DNA of 64,000 nt, taken from Vicugna vicugna. Lineage: Eukaryota. The position numbers and the translations under genes were made by a program. The stretch is taken from assembly GCA_013265495.1 (NCBI GenBank), contig MU062841.1, forward strand, positions 7,155,786 through 7,219,785, written 5' to 3'. The notes beneath the pieces are model-generated. The model saw nothing but the letters and a program-made list of their open reading frames with translations, ran no database searches and was not told where the DNA came from. Numbering within the stretch: position 1 is the stretch's first letter; the number at the start of each line of letters is the position of its first letter. Shown in pieces: positions 51,501 to 57,270 of the stretch.

Positions 51501-54500
51501 ACACACACAAGAAAGATGGGATGTACCCAAATCATCTTTTTTGGTAATTTTTCAAACTTTAAATGCTCACTTCCCAAGACTGAAATCTCTTCTCCTGAAA
51601 GGTGAAAATTATGGTCAAAGTCAGTCACCTTACCCGAGAATAGTACCAAAATAGATTTTAGAAAGTATAGAAAAATGAGGTTGGGTAAGTAGGCTGGAGT
51701 CAGATTATGAGGACCTTGAAAGTCAGACAAGTTTGAGCTTGATTATGCAGGCCACAGAGAAGTCCTACGTTTGGAGTCAAGGCTGAAAACAGAGCTTCAG
51801 GAAGATCTGACTAGAGACAGGACACAGGCTATATTGAATAGTGCAGAGATTAAAGCTGGGAAAGCAGGCTGGGTGGCTATTTCAACAGATAAAAGAAACA
51901 TTTCAAATAACTGAGGAAGGCTTAGGGAATGACTGCAGTTAGGAGTCAAGGTAACTCCAAGATTTTGAGACTGGATGACTGGAAAAATGATGACAAACTA
52001 CAACTCAGAGGAAGGGAAGTTCACTTGGAGGAAAAGGTAGGTTTAGTTTCAGGTATGAGAAATTCTAGGAGATAGAAAGCTATCCAAGGAGAAATGTCCA
52101 GCAGCCAACTGAAGAAACTGTTTTTATCTAACAGCAAAGAGTCTTCAAAACTACTAAAACCATAAGAACGAGAGAATATAGCTAAAATTAAAATCGCATC
52201 TTAAGGAATGCCCACCACTAGGATGTAGAAGGTAGAGTAGTTGAAGAAAACAGAGGTCTATTATGCAGATTAAAACAATTTAAAAAATCAAAATAATAGA
52301 ATGTTTCCTGGAGGAGTTGGCCAAACACACCAATTATAATAAAGAGTTAAACAAATAAAAACCAAAAAATTATCATAACAAGTTTCTATAATTAGCCTGT
52401 ATGTACCATAGAAAAAGATTAGGGAAGAGGGGGTGGGTATAGCTCAGTGGTAGAGTGCATGCTTAGCATGCACGAGGTATTGGGTTCAATCCCCAGTGCC
52501 TCCATTAAAATAAATAATAAAGGGAAGATTAGGGAAGACATCCCAGTGAATACTATATATGTACTGTATTACAGATCACACATTATACTATGGGTAACAA
52601 CATATTTTTAGGCTAAGGATCTTTAGTCTACATTATTTAAATCATATAAAGCAGACATTTCAAGGCTGATAGCCTTAATAATCCTTTTGTTCCTGATAGT
52701 CTTTGGGGAATTCTATGTTTGTTGAGATTGTGGTCCAGGACAATGAACTACTGTTAGTAAACAAAAAAGGTAATAAAATTAAATCATTAAAAAAGCATTC
52801 TGTGGTAACGATACTATTAGCAAGAGCAAATATTAACAAAGCTCTTAGTACCATTCAAAAGAGGTTAAATCATCACTGCCCATTGGGCATACCACATAAA
52901 AAACAGGAACAGGAAGTTACAGGTGCACAGAAAGGCCAAGTAGCTGTTAGAACTTGACTTATTACATTTCCTGACATTTGTGGGGCTTCATTCTCAAACA
53001 TACCAGTGCAAGGAAGAGAACTTCAGCACCTTGCTCTGAAAAAAAGAGGACAAAAGCTAGTCTTCTGCAAAGACTTAGCTCCAAATTTAACTCAATTCAA
53101 CAAGTATGTGAGCTGAGCACTCGGCTAAATGCCAAATGTTCATTTCCAAGTGGTTTCAGCCACCTTCTGGTACTCCACATCTCACTTGTTTTTAACCTTT
53201 CTTTGGTTACAAAAATTTAGACTCCACAAGCAAACATAAAGAAAATAAAAACCACCCCTTAATCCCATCATATGGAAATGAAAACTATCTCCTTGGAGAT
53301 TTTCCCCAAGAAATCTCATTTATTTTTAGACAAAAATAGTGATCTCATCTTAGCCAGAACACAAATTCTTATAACCTTAGCCTAGTTTTCTTTTTTTTTT
53401 TTCCCCCACTCAACACATCATGGACAAATTCCTTTGTCAATATAGATTGACATCATCTTTTTTAATGACTACACTAGTATTTGGCTGTAACACAATACCT
53501 CAAGTGAAGGAACATTTGGTTTGCTACCAATTTTTTCTATTATAAGCAATGTTAAAAAAAATCCTTACATATATATTTTGTGTGTGTGTTTGTCTAATTT
53601 TTTTTTTTTGGACCAGTGGTAGTGGTGAAGTGAAATGGGGAGATACATTCCTAGAAACAGAATTCTTAGGCCAGAGGATATTGGGGGGAGGCGAGTGGGG
53701 AAGCTGTCCCTGCCTCTAAGAGTGATGCTACATCATGGCCTCTATGGGTTCGAGGTAGGACTAGGTAGCTGGACATATGATTAGGCCACCAGGACAGCTG
53801 TTCTCTAGCTCTATGTAGGTTCCCTGGTCCACCAGTCCCTGCTTCACCTACACCCAACTCATATGACTGACATTCCCTCTTAGTTACAGAGCCTAATCAG
53901 TAAATACTAGTGATATCTCTAATCTTTAGATCAGAATGACTCCACTATGATAATTTATCAAAGGGAAGGCATCTGCCTAAGGGGCTATGAGGGATATGCC
54001 TCTCTGCTGCTTTCCTTGGTAACTGATGAGCCAACTTGACTTCAATTCCTTCCCTACACCTCCCCTGCCCCCAGTATCGAAGACTGCTGCGGTGTTGACT
54101 GCCGTCCATGGTAGGGTGTTATTCTAGGGCCTTGCTTTGGACATGTAAGATCCCCTATCCAATAAGCCACTGATGTCTCTGTTCCTACCTTTGGGCTCAT
54201 CCCTCAGTCTCAAGGCTGGACAATCACAAGGCTTGCAGGCCTGAGAGGTGCAGCCCAACGCTAACCCAACTGCAATTTCACTAAGAACAGCACTAAATAA
54301 ACACTTGAGCCAAACACTCAAGGATGCACACACCCTCATATTAAAACTACAGCCATCATTTCAAACTTATCAAGTTGTATACATTAAATATGTGTGGTTT
54401 TTCTATAATCAATTATACCTCAATAAGGCTGTTCAAAAAAAACAAAAAGCAAAAGACAAAAAACTACAGCCATCACCAAAACCAGATGTAAGAAGTAAAT

Positions 54501-56619
54501 GTCATTATGCTGCCTCTACAATTTGAAATATAAAATGATTCTCCTTATAGATTTGGTTATTCTGAAGCTGGAAGATGACATTTCTAAAATATTCCCTTAT
54601 GTTTCCTAAAGTCAAACTTGAATGTAGCAACTTTGTCAATGAATACAAACCACTGAATTGTACACTTCATAGTGGTGAATTTCATGGTATATGAATTTCA
54701 ATGTCTATAATTTACTATAGTAAAAGTAAATGATATCATAGGAAATTTCTCTAGGGTGAGGTGAAGCAGAGATGAGAAATATAAAAGAAAAACAAACGGA
54801 AGAAAGAGACTCTTTAGTATTTAAGAAAAAAAATCACCAAAGATTCAACACCGAGAAAAATTTTGTAGGTCGAATGAGAACTGTCATGCCAAAACAGCCA
54901 GAATTAAGCCAGAGTATCATGTAAGTTACCTTAGGCAATCCAATCTCACCCATGGCATTCAACCACTGAATCACATTATCAGTGTGTCTAAAGTGGAGGC
55001 CAGTTGCCTAGAACAAATAAAAGACCATTAGGCACTGTTGGCAATATTGAAGCAAATACTGAATTAAAACTCTCCTTGTAAAAGTTTCCCTCTGAGACTT
55101 CACATGGTCCCTGTAAATTTTAGGTCTGTCTATAGCATTATGTTTACATTCCAATCCCAAAAAGCCAAATCCACATCTCAGGTTCTCTCACTTAAGAACC
55201 ATCTGGAGAATCTTCCTATGTACAGTGTGCTCAACAGAACATGGTCTTTGGAATTCAATTATCTCAGATTCAATGACTTGTCCATCTACTGGTAACACCG
55301 GGCAAGTCACTTCACCCTTTTGAGTCTGAGTTTCCCCATCTTTAACACCTACTTTATCTTTGTTGGAAAGATTTAACTGAGAAAAATACACATAATGCAC
55401 TCAGTGTGGTATCTGGCTGATAGCAGATACTCCCAAAATGAGGGTTTTCTATACTACACATACAAGTATCCCCCTCGAAATCCCTATGCCTGTTATTTTT
55501 AAGGAAGATTTACTCTCAGGAGGGTAGAGGTGCAGGCCATTGTTTTTACTGTTGCTGCAGTCTCTACTCTTCCTTTAATGTCTGCCTGTTCTGTCCAACA
55601 TTTTGCAGACTCTCAATAGAACAGCTCCAGAGGTGTCTTCAGAATAACCACTCGTGTAAAACTCAATATATAAATCTTTGCTTTTTGATGAAGAATAGTT
55701 TCTATTTGGGATGTTAATTTTGGCTTAAGACCTACACTTTCCTTGTTTTCCTTTGAAATTAAAACATAAAAAATCTCTTTTGATTCTGTCTTCACTCTTA
55801 ACTCATTCTGAGCTCTGGCCCAGTTCTTACCCTTGACCATTCTTACATTTGCTCTTGGTTTCGCAATCTTCCACTATCTTTTATACTCATCCTTTTCCAG
55901 ATAAGCGCTCTTAGGAAAGCTCCCCACAGAAGCTCTGTAGACAACGGAATCTGGACTTTGTCAACATCCCAACTTAAAACAATCATCTTTTTGAAGGCCC
56001 CAGGCCACAAGAATCAAACCCTTTCACTTATCACAATTTTCTGAAACTGGATCACTTTCCCATTTTATCCTGAACTTTAGTATCACAAGGTGATGTTTTT
56101 TTCCCCAAAGTTGCTATTGCTTTCAATTTGTCTACAAATCTCAGTGCTTGGTTAAAATTAGAGTTAAAGTAGTAATTCCCCTAGTTACTTCCTCTGCCTT
56201 CTAAGAAATAAAAAATTTATCAAGGACCATGAAAATTTCTAGATACAAATTACTCAGAACTGAGCCAGAAGTACAGACAGCTCAAGTTCTTTTACTACTG
56301 TATCTTGACTTTGCGCTATTTTCTCCACTATTCCAGGTATTTAATTTTGTTGGAACAAACACACTTATATGTATTTCTCATTAACACTTTCACAGGATAA
56401 AGTATGCTAACCTTCTCTCTCAAGTTTATGGAAATTTAAGCACCAGGCAAGGAAGAACTCACCTTGTATCTGGTCTGCTCTCGATCATAGATTTTCTTCA
56501 GGGACACCACTTTGGGGGAAAAGAAGTTTCCTAGTTTGGCAAGGTAGACCCCATTCCTAAGCCCCTCTTCCAGTTCTGTGGTGGGAGGCAGATCCTCCCC
56601 GAGGCAAGCTTCCATCCAC
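3004..56619 (-). CDS. IQGAP1: IQGAP1 scaffold protein, spliced partial CDS (exons 3-36, 4596 nt, about aa 52-1584)
   Basis: 34 exons with GT-AG boundaries join in frame. The translation matches recalled mammalian IQGAP1 from [14 protein letters not shown] to [10 protein letters not shown], including the CH, WW, IQ, GRD (Thr1046, YYR motif) and RGCT regions. Confidence 0.99.
3700..4450 (+). mobile_element. Old L1M (L1MC/L1ME-like) 3' fragments
   Basis: ttttgatccagcaat, gatgactctggcaatgagcacatctagtgcc, gtggcaaaatgctaa...ggtgaatctaggtgaagggt. Confidence 0.6.
4977..5143 (-). CDS. IQGAP1: IQGAP1 exon 35 (167 nt, RGCT)
   Basis: cag|GATATTCGA...GGCAA|gtgagt; encodes [55 protein letters not shown]. 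Confidence 0.97.
5888..6100 (-). CDS. IQGAP1: IQGAP1 exon 34 (213 nt, RGCT)
   Basis: tag|GAAGCAGAA...GCCAAG|gtacgg; encodes [32 protein letters not shown]...INDIAK. Confidence 0.97.
7066..7260 (+). mobile_element. MIR SINE
   Basis: MIR core cttgggcaaattacttaacctct...tttcatcatctgtaaaatg. Confidence 0.85.
8157..8250 (+). mobile_element. vic-1-type SINE inserted into an L2 remnant
   Basis: tRNA-Ala-like body plus A tail; degenerate target-site duplication gaatttttaatggtttactaa / gaattgaataggttttctaa. Confidence 0.9.
8675..8762 (-). CDS. IQGAP1: IQGAP1 exon 33 (88 nt)
   Basis: cag|CACAAAACG...GAACAG|gtaaaa; encodes [29 protein letters not shown]. Confidence 0.97.
9143..9278 (-). CDS. IQGAP1: IQGAP1 exon 32 (136 nt)
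   Basis: tag|GAGAAAGC...CTGAA|gtgagt; encodes [44 protein letters not shown]. Confidence 0.97.
9776..9878 (-). CDS. IQGAP1: IQGAP1 exon 31 (103 nt)
   Basis: cag|CTCCTGTTA...CTAATAG|gtaagg; encodes [34 protein letters not shown]. Confidence 0.97.
10580..10731. mobile_element. MER5-like hAT-Charlie MITE
   Basis: gattcagattcagctggcctgtggtggggctcaggaaacttcattttta...gttctgatgcaggtggcctggggatcacttcgagaa. Confidence 0.7.
10892..11024 (-). CDS. IQGAP1: IQGAP1 exon 30 (133 nt)
   Basis: cag|ACGGTTTTTC...CACACT|gtacgt; encodes [44 protein letters not shown]. Confidence 0.97.
11611..11843 (-). CDS. IQGAP1: IQGAP1 exon 29 (233 nt, GRD with YYR motif)
   Basis: cag|ATTATTGGT...TTCAG|gtaagg; encodes [26 protein letters not shown]...SQSYQKF. 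Confidence 0.98.
12378..12510. other. Assembly gap (133 N)
   Basis: Run of N in intron 28. Confidence 1.
12521..12559 (+). repeat. Pure poly(A) tract of 39 nt next to the gap
   Basis: Direct count of the A run. Confidence 0.9.
12951..13035 (-). CDS. IQGAP1: IQGAP1 exon 28 (85 nt, GRD)
   Basis: cag|TTATGGGATG...CTGAAG|gtaaga; encodes [28 protein letters not shown]. Confidence 0.97.
13128..13268 (-). CDS. IQGAP1: IQGAP1 exon 27 (141 nt, GRD)
   Basis: cag|CAAACTACC...AAAATCCC|gtgagt; encodes [46 protein letters not shown]. Confidence 0.97.
13410..14200 (-). mobile_element. L2 LINE remnant
   Basis: actatgtgccaggcact...cttacaatctggtgggagagaca and further purine-rich reverse-L2 motifs. Confidence 0.65.
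14230..14638 (+). mobile_element. MLT1 (ERVL-MaLR) solo LTR
   Basis: cagaagcagagactggagtg...agaagccaggagaggcaaggaa...ttttggacttctgg...tttctgttgttttaagccacc...aactgataca, the typical MLT1 3' end. Confidence 0.9.
16150..16560 (+). mobile_element. L2 3' end
   Basis: gagggcagggagcatgtctgtttcattc...tctggcatatagtaatcaacaaatatttgctaaataagtgaa. Confidence 0.7.
16707..16931 (-). CDS. IQGAP1: IQGAP1 exon 26 (225 nt, GRD with Thr1046 in place of the GAP arginine finger)
   Basis: tag|GTCAAAAG...GAGGCAAG|gtatga; encodes [37 protein letters not shown]...SQTGEA. Confidence 0.97.
17542..17705 (-). CDS. IQGAP1: IQGAP1 exon 25 (164 nt, GRD start)
   Basis: cag|ACCAACCCC...GAAATCAA|gtatga; encodes [54 protein letters not shown]. 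Confidence 0.97.
17943..18098 (-). CDS. IQGAP1: IQGAP1 exon 24 (156 nt)
   Basis: cag|GATGTGGTT...CTGCAG|gtgagt; encodes [52 protein letters not shown]. Confidence 0.97.
18803..19011 (-). CDS. IQGAP1: IQGAP1 exon 23 (209 nt)
   Basis: cag|TCAATGCT...CTGCAG|gtatgg; encodes [27 protein letters not shown]...NKITLQ. Confidence 0.97.
19380..19449 (-). CDS. IQGAP1: IQGAP1 exon 22 (70 nt, IQ4)
   Basis: tag|ATAAATGAC...ACTCTCA|gtgagt; encodes [23 protein letters not shown]. Confidence 0.97.
19547..19618 (-). CDS. IQGAP1: IQGAP1 exon 21 (72 nt, IQ3)
   Basis: cag|ATTCAGTCC...GACCAT|gtaatt; encodes [24 protein letters not shown]. Confidence 0.97.
19721..19804 (-). CDS. IQGAP1: IQGAP1 exon 20 (84 nt, IQ2)
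   Basis: cag|TCACAGTGG...GTAAAG|gtatgt; encodes [28 protein letters not shown]. Confidence 0.97.
19879..20015 (+). mobile_element. vic-1-type SINE, extended-tail form, in intron 19
   Basis: tRNA-Ala-like body, aaacctaattatccccc segment and A tail; TSD aaaatctcatc at 19866-19876 and 20016-20026. Confidence 0.93.
20160..20345 (-). mobile_element. MIR SINE
   Basis: Reverse MIR core cctcacaac...tccacttacagataaggaaacaaacttagagaggtt. Confidence 0.7.
20654..20824 (-). CDS. IQGAP1: IQGAP1 exon 19 (171 nt, IQ1 and start of IQ2)
   Basis: cag|AGTTCCATC...ATTCAG|gtattt; encodes [57 protein letters not shown]. Confidence 0.97.
21400..21690 (+). mobile_element. Old MLT1 (J/H-like) LTR fragment
   Basis: gaatggaagccacatgctaagaattgcagagcagaaagacagaaggacctgggg. 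Confidence 0.6.
22240..22390. mobile_element. MER5A hAT-Charlie MITE
   Basis: ggaccagcagcatcagcatcacctaggga...aaatgcagactctcaggccc...caggtgattc. Confidence 0.85.
24419..24561 (-). CDS. IQGAP1: IQGAP1 exon 18 (143 nt, WW domain)
   Basis: cag|GAGATAAC...ATCCAG|gtaggt; encodes [47 protein letters not shown]. Confidence 0.97.
25315..25482 (-). CDS. IQGAP1: IQGAP1 exon 17 (168 nt, IQGAP repeat 6)
   Basis: tag|TTGCCTTAG...GCAGCAG|gtgagt; encodes [55 protein letters not shown]. Confidence 0.97.
25648..25738 (-). CDS. IQGAP1: IQGAP1 exon 16 (91 nt)
   Basis: cag|GAGACCCAG...CAGAGGT|gtacgt; encodes [30 protein letters not shown]. Confidence 0.96.
27488..27512 (+). repeat. Poly(A) tract of 25 nt
   Basis: Direct count. 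Confidence 0.9.
28715..30380 (+). mobile_element. Old L1M fragment with 5'UTR/ORF1 remnants joined to an ORF2 remnant
   Basis: L1M 5' motifs, ORF1-like gataggtcaattcaaatgatgcagtctgaagaacag, and ORF2-like ggcttcactggtgaatgctaccaa...cattctatgaggc...ccctgataccaaaaccagac; no intact ORF. Confidence 0.75.
30954..31091 (+). mobile_element. vic-1-type SINE, extended-tail form, diverged
   Basis: Perfect 15-bp TSD tcaagtgttctaatg at 30939-30953 and 31092-31106. Confidence 0.92.
31840..32640 (+). mobile_element. L1MB-like 3' end interrupted by a younger L1
   Basis: gctaagtgaaagacgccagtcagaaaggacc...ggggtgacgaaaatgttctaaaattgac; resumes after 32590 with ggtatgtgaattatatctcaataaa. Confidence 0.8.
32267..32589 (+). 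mobile_element. Young lineage-specific L1 3' end (5'-truncated)
   Basis: gggatttcaaaattgtagaatag...actgtatagcacagggaaat...tcaataaaaaatg; TSD aaaatagtgagttata / aaaaaagtgagttgta. Confidence 0.9.
32690..33215 (+). mobile_element. Old L1MC/ME-like 3' fragment
   Basis: aattccacttctaaatgtatacc...catgcaaccacatggatgaatttcac...gcaaaagaagccagacacaa. Confidence 0.7.
33455..33618 (-). CDS. IQGAP1: IQGAP1 exon 15 (164 nt, IQGAP repeat 5)
   Basis: tag|GGATTTTAG...GCCCAG|gtgagt; encodes [33 protein letters not shown]...REKAQ. Confidence 0.97.
33895..33987 (+). mobile_element. vic-1-type SINE with an internal deletion of about 19 nt
   Basis: ggggagggtatagct joined directly to tagcatg...gggttcaatccccagtacctccatt. 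Confidence 0.88.
34210..34990 (+). mobile_element. MER21-like (ERVL) solo LTR in intron 14
   Basis: aaacccttggaatttcccaagtgataggag...gatgggggct...aaagaccaaccatgtgattagaag...ctttcctgagttctgtgag...ggtgtctgaagtg. Confidence 0.8.
35225..35349 (-). CDS. IQGAP1: IQGAP1 exon 14 (125 nt)
   Basis: cag|ATATCTCGAT...CATGAGA|gtgagt; encodes [41 protein letters not shown]. Confidence 0.97.
35650..36330 (+). mobile_element. Old L1MC-like 3' fragment
   Basis: ggattatcaactggggttaaaaatattaggtgaa...gtggtcctggaccggatcctgg...aaatgttaagatacctg. Confidence 0.6.
36451..36611 (-). CDS. IQGAP1: IQGAP1 exon 13 (161 nt, IQGAP repeat 4)
   Basis: tag|CATAACCTC...TGTCAGAG|gtgggt; encodes [37 protein letters not shown]...EENCQ. 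Confidence 0.97.
36697..36817 (+). mobile_element. vic-1-type SINE in the 328-nt intron 12
   Basis: tRNA-Ala-like body plus A tail; TSD aaccataaggagtc / aaccataagatgtc. Confidence 0.9.
36940..37103 (-). CDS. IQGAP1: IQGAP1 exon 12 (164 nt, IQGAP repeat 3)
   Basis: cag|GGTTGGCG...CCAGAG|gtaagt; encodes [54 protein letters not shown]. Confidence 0.97.
37843..37927 (-). CDS. IQGAP1: IQGAP1 exon 11 (85 nt)
   Basis: cag|AATGGTCAG...CAGAGAA|gtaaga; encodes [28 protein letters not shown]. Confidence 0.97.
38738..38901 (-). CDS. IQGAP1: IQGAP1 exon 10 (164 nt, IQGAP repeat 2)
   Basis: cag|TGCTTTCT...AGACAG|gtaaga; encodes [26 protein letters not shown]...DRQQKRQ. Confidence 0.97.
39040..39570. mobile_element. 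CR1/L3 remnant, probably with a MER5-like insert
   Basis: ttggaagagaaccttaaagtcatc and gctggtctgaccacgtggagaagagg resemble L3 3' sequence. Confidence 0.45.
39620..39760 (+). mobile_element. MIR SINE
   Basis: tttccttcatctgaaaatgataataaagttaccttcctcacagggct. Confidence 0.7.
42890..42974 (-). CDS. IQGAP1: IQGAP1 exon 9 (85 nt)
   Basis: cag|ACAGAAAAC...GTCAATA|gtaagt; encodes [28 protein letters not shown]. Confidence 0.97.
43355..43630 (+). mobile_element. Old L1M 3' end
   Basis: catttatataaaattct...aaggcaaactaa...gtcaaaacccatcaaatcgtatactt...ctcaataaaactg. Confidence 0.75.
44225..44403 (-). CDS. IQGAP1: IQGAP1 exon 8 (179 nt, IQGAP repeat 1)
   Basis: tag|TGCATGCT...AACAGG|gtaaaa; encodes [26 protein letters not shown]...KMTNAKNR. 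Confidence 0.97.
44983..45096 (-). CDS. IQGAP1: IQGAP1 exon 7 (114 nt)
   Basis: tag|AGGAAGAA...GCTGCGT|gtaaga; encodes [37 protein letters not shown]. Confidence 0.97.
45180..45305 (+). mobile_element. MIR 3' part
   Basis: gtaaaatggcacctacctcttagggttgttacaagatttaaataatatgtggaaagcactg. Confidence 0.75.
46239..46306 (-). CDS. IQGAP1: IQGAP1 exon 6 (68 nt)
   Basis: tag|TTTGTACCTG...TTCACAG|gtaaga; encodes [22 protein letters not shown]. Confidence 0.97.
48634..48901 (+). mobile_element. Young lineage-specific L1 3' end inserted into an L2 remnant
   Basis: Same family as 32267-32589; perfect 15-bp TSD aaaatattttatgaa at 48619-48633 and 48902-48916. Confidence 0.92.
49979..50325 (-). mobile_element. 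L1MA-like 3' end, sense to IQGAP1, just downstream of the exon 5 donor
   Basis: T-run then aattgagatataactgacatac...gtgatgagaacttttaagatct...catgctgtacattacatcccca...cctctggtaactaccaatc. Confidence 0.85.
50348..50424 (-). CDS. IQGAP1: IQGAP1 exon 5 (77 nt, CH domain)
   Basis: tag|ATTTTTTAC...CTTAG|gtaatt; encodes [25 protein letters not shown]. Confidence 0.97.
51020..51166 (+). mobile_element. L2 3' end
   Basis: tgttgttcactgctataccttcaatgcc...tatttgatgaattaatgaatga. Confidence 0.7.
52429..52524 (+). mobile_element. vic-1-type SINE, close to tRNA-Ala(AGC)
   Basis: Perfect 14-bp TSD aagattagggaaga at 52415-52428 and 52525-52538; intact A and B boxes. Confidence 0.95.
54930..55007 (-). CDS. 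IQGAP1: IQGAP1 exon 4 (78 nt, CH domain)
   Basis: tag|GCAACTGGC...CCTAAG|gtaact; encodes [26 protein letters not shown]. Confidence 0.97.
55220..55435 (+). mobile_element. MIR SINE
   Basis: gggcaagtcacttcacccttttgagtctgagtttccccatct. Confidence 0.8.
56463..56619 (-). CDS. IQGAP1: IQGAP1 exon 3 (157 nt, CH domain)
   Basis: cag|GTGGATGGAAGCT...TACAAG|gtgagt; encodes [52 protein letters not shown]. Confidence 0.98.
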
Positions 56620-56735
56620 CTGCACAAAAGGAGAGAGGACATGAGAAAAGAGAGGGAAGGTCTGAACCCTTCCTTAGACATTTCAAGCTTAATTTCCTTT
56701 CTCCCTGGAGAAGTTTAAACTGAACATAAGCCATA

Positions 56736-56767
<32 letters not shown>
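56736..56767. repeat. (CT)n microsatellite plus T-run
   Basis: ctctctctctctctctctctctct followed by a T-run. Confidence 0.9.
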
Positions 56768-56770
<3 letters not shown>

Positions 56771-57101
56771 GCAATACTCTTTTAAGGTTCAATTTCACAC
56801 ACATCCTTGTCCTGGCAGAGTCAGATCTCAGAGGCAGGAAACTTAGGAAAATTTCTGAGCATAAATGCCACCCTTTTCTCTACCATATCTTCTCTTGCAT
56901 CAAGGAGCCAACTGGTCTCCCCAGGTCCTAACTGTCCCATGAGCCTCAGACTCTCTCACTCCTTCAGTTGCTCCTTAAAAATTCCTTAAAAAAAGTATTG
57001 GAGCCACCATCTCAACTGTTCAGAAACTTAAATTTGTACTTGAAGTTTTTTTCTGGTTTGAGAATTCATCATCTACAGTGAATTTCTAGGTTCAGATTTT
57101 A

Positions 57102-57270
57102 TTTTTTTTTTAACTTATTTTTCAGTTGAAGGATAGTCAATTACAATGTGTCAACTTCTGGTGTACAGTATCATGTCCCAGTCATGCACATATTTATATG
57201 TAGAGTCATTTTCATATTCTTTTTCATTAAAGGCTATTATAGGATATTGAATATTAGTTCTCTGTGCTAT
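57102..57270 (-). mobile_element. Short L1 3' end, sense to IQGAP1
   Basis: T-run and L1 3'UTR text; 17-bp TSD tctaggttcagatttta / tctaggttaagatttta. Confidence 0.85.
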
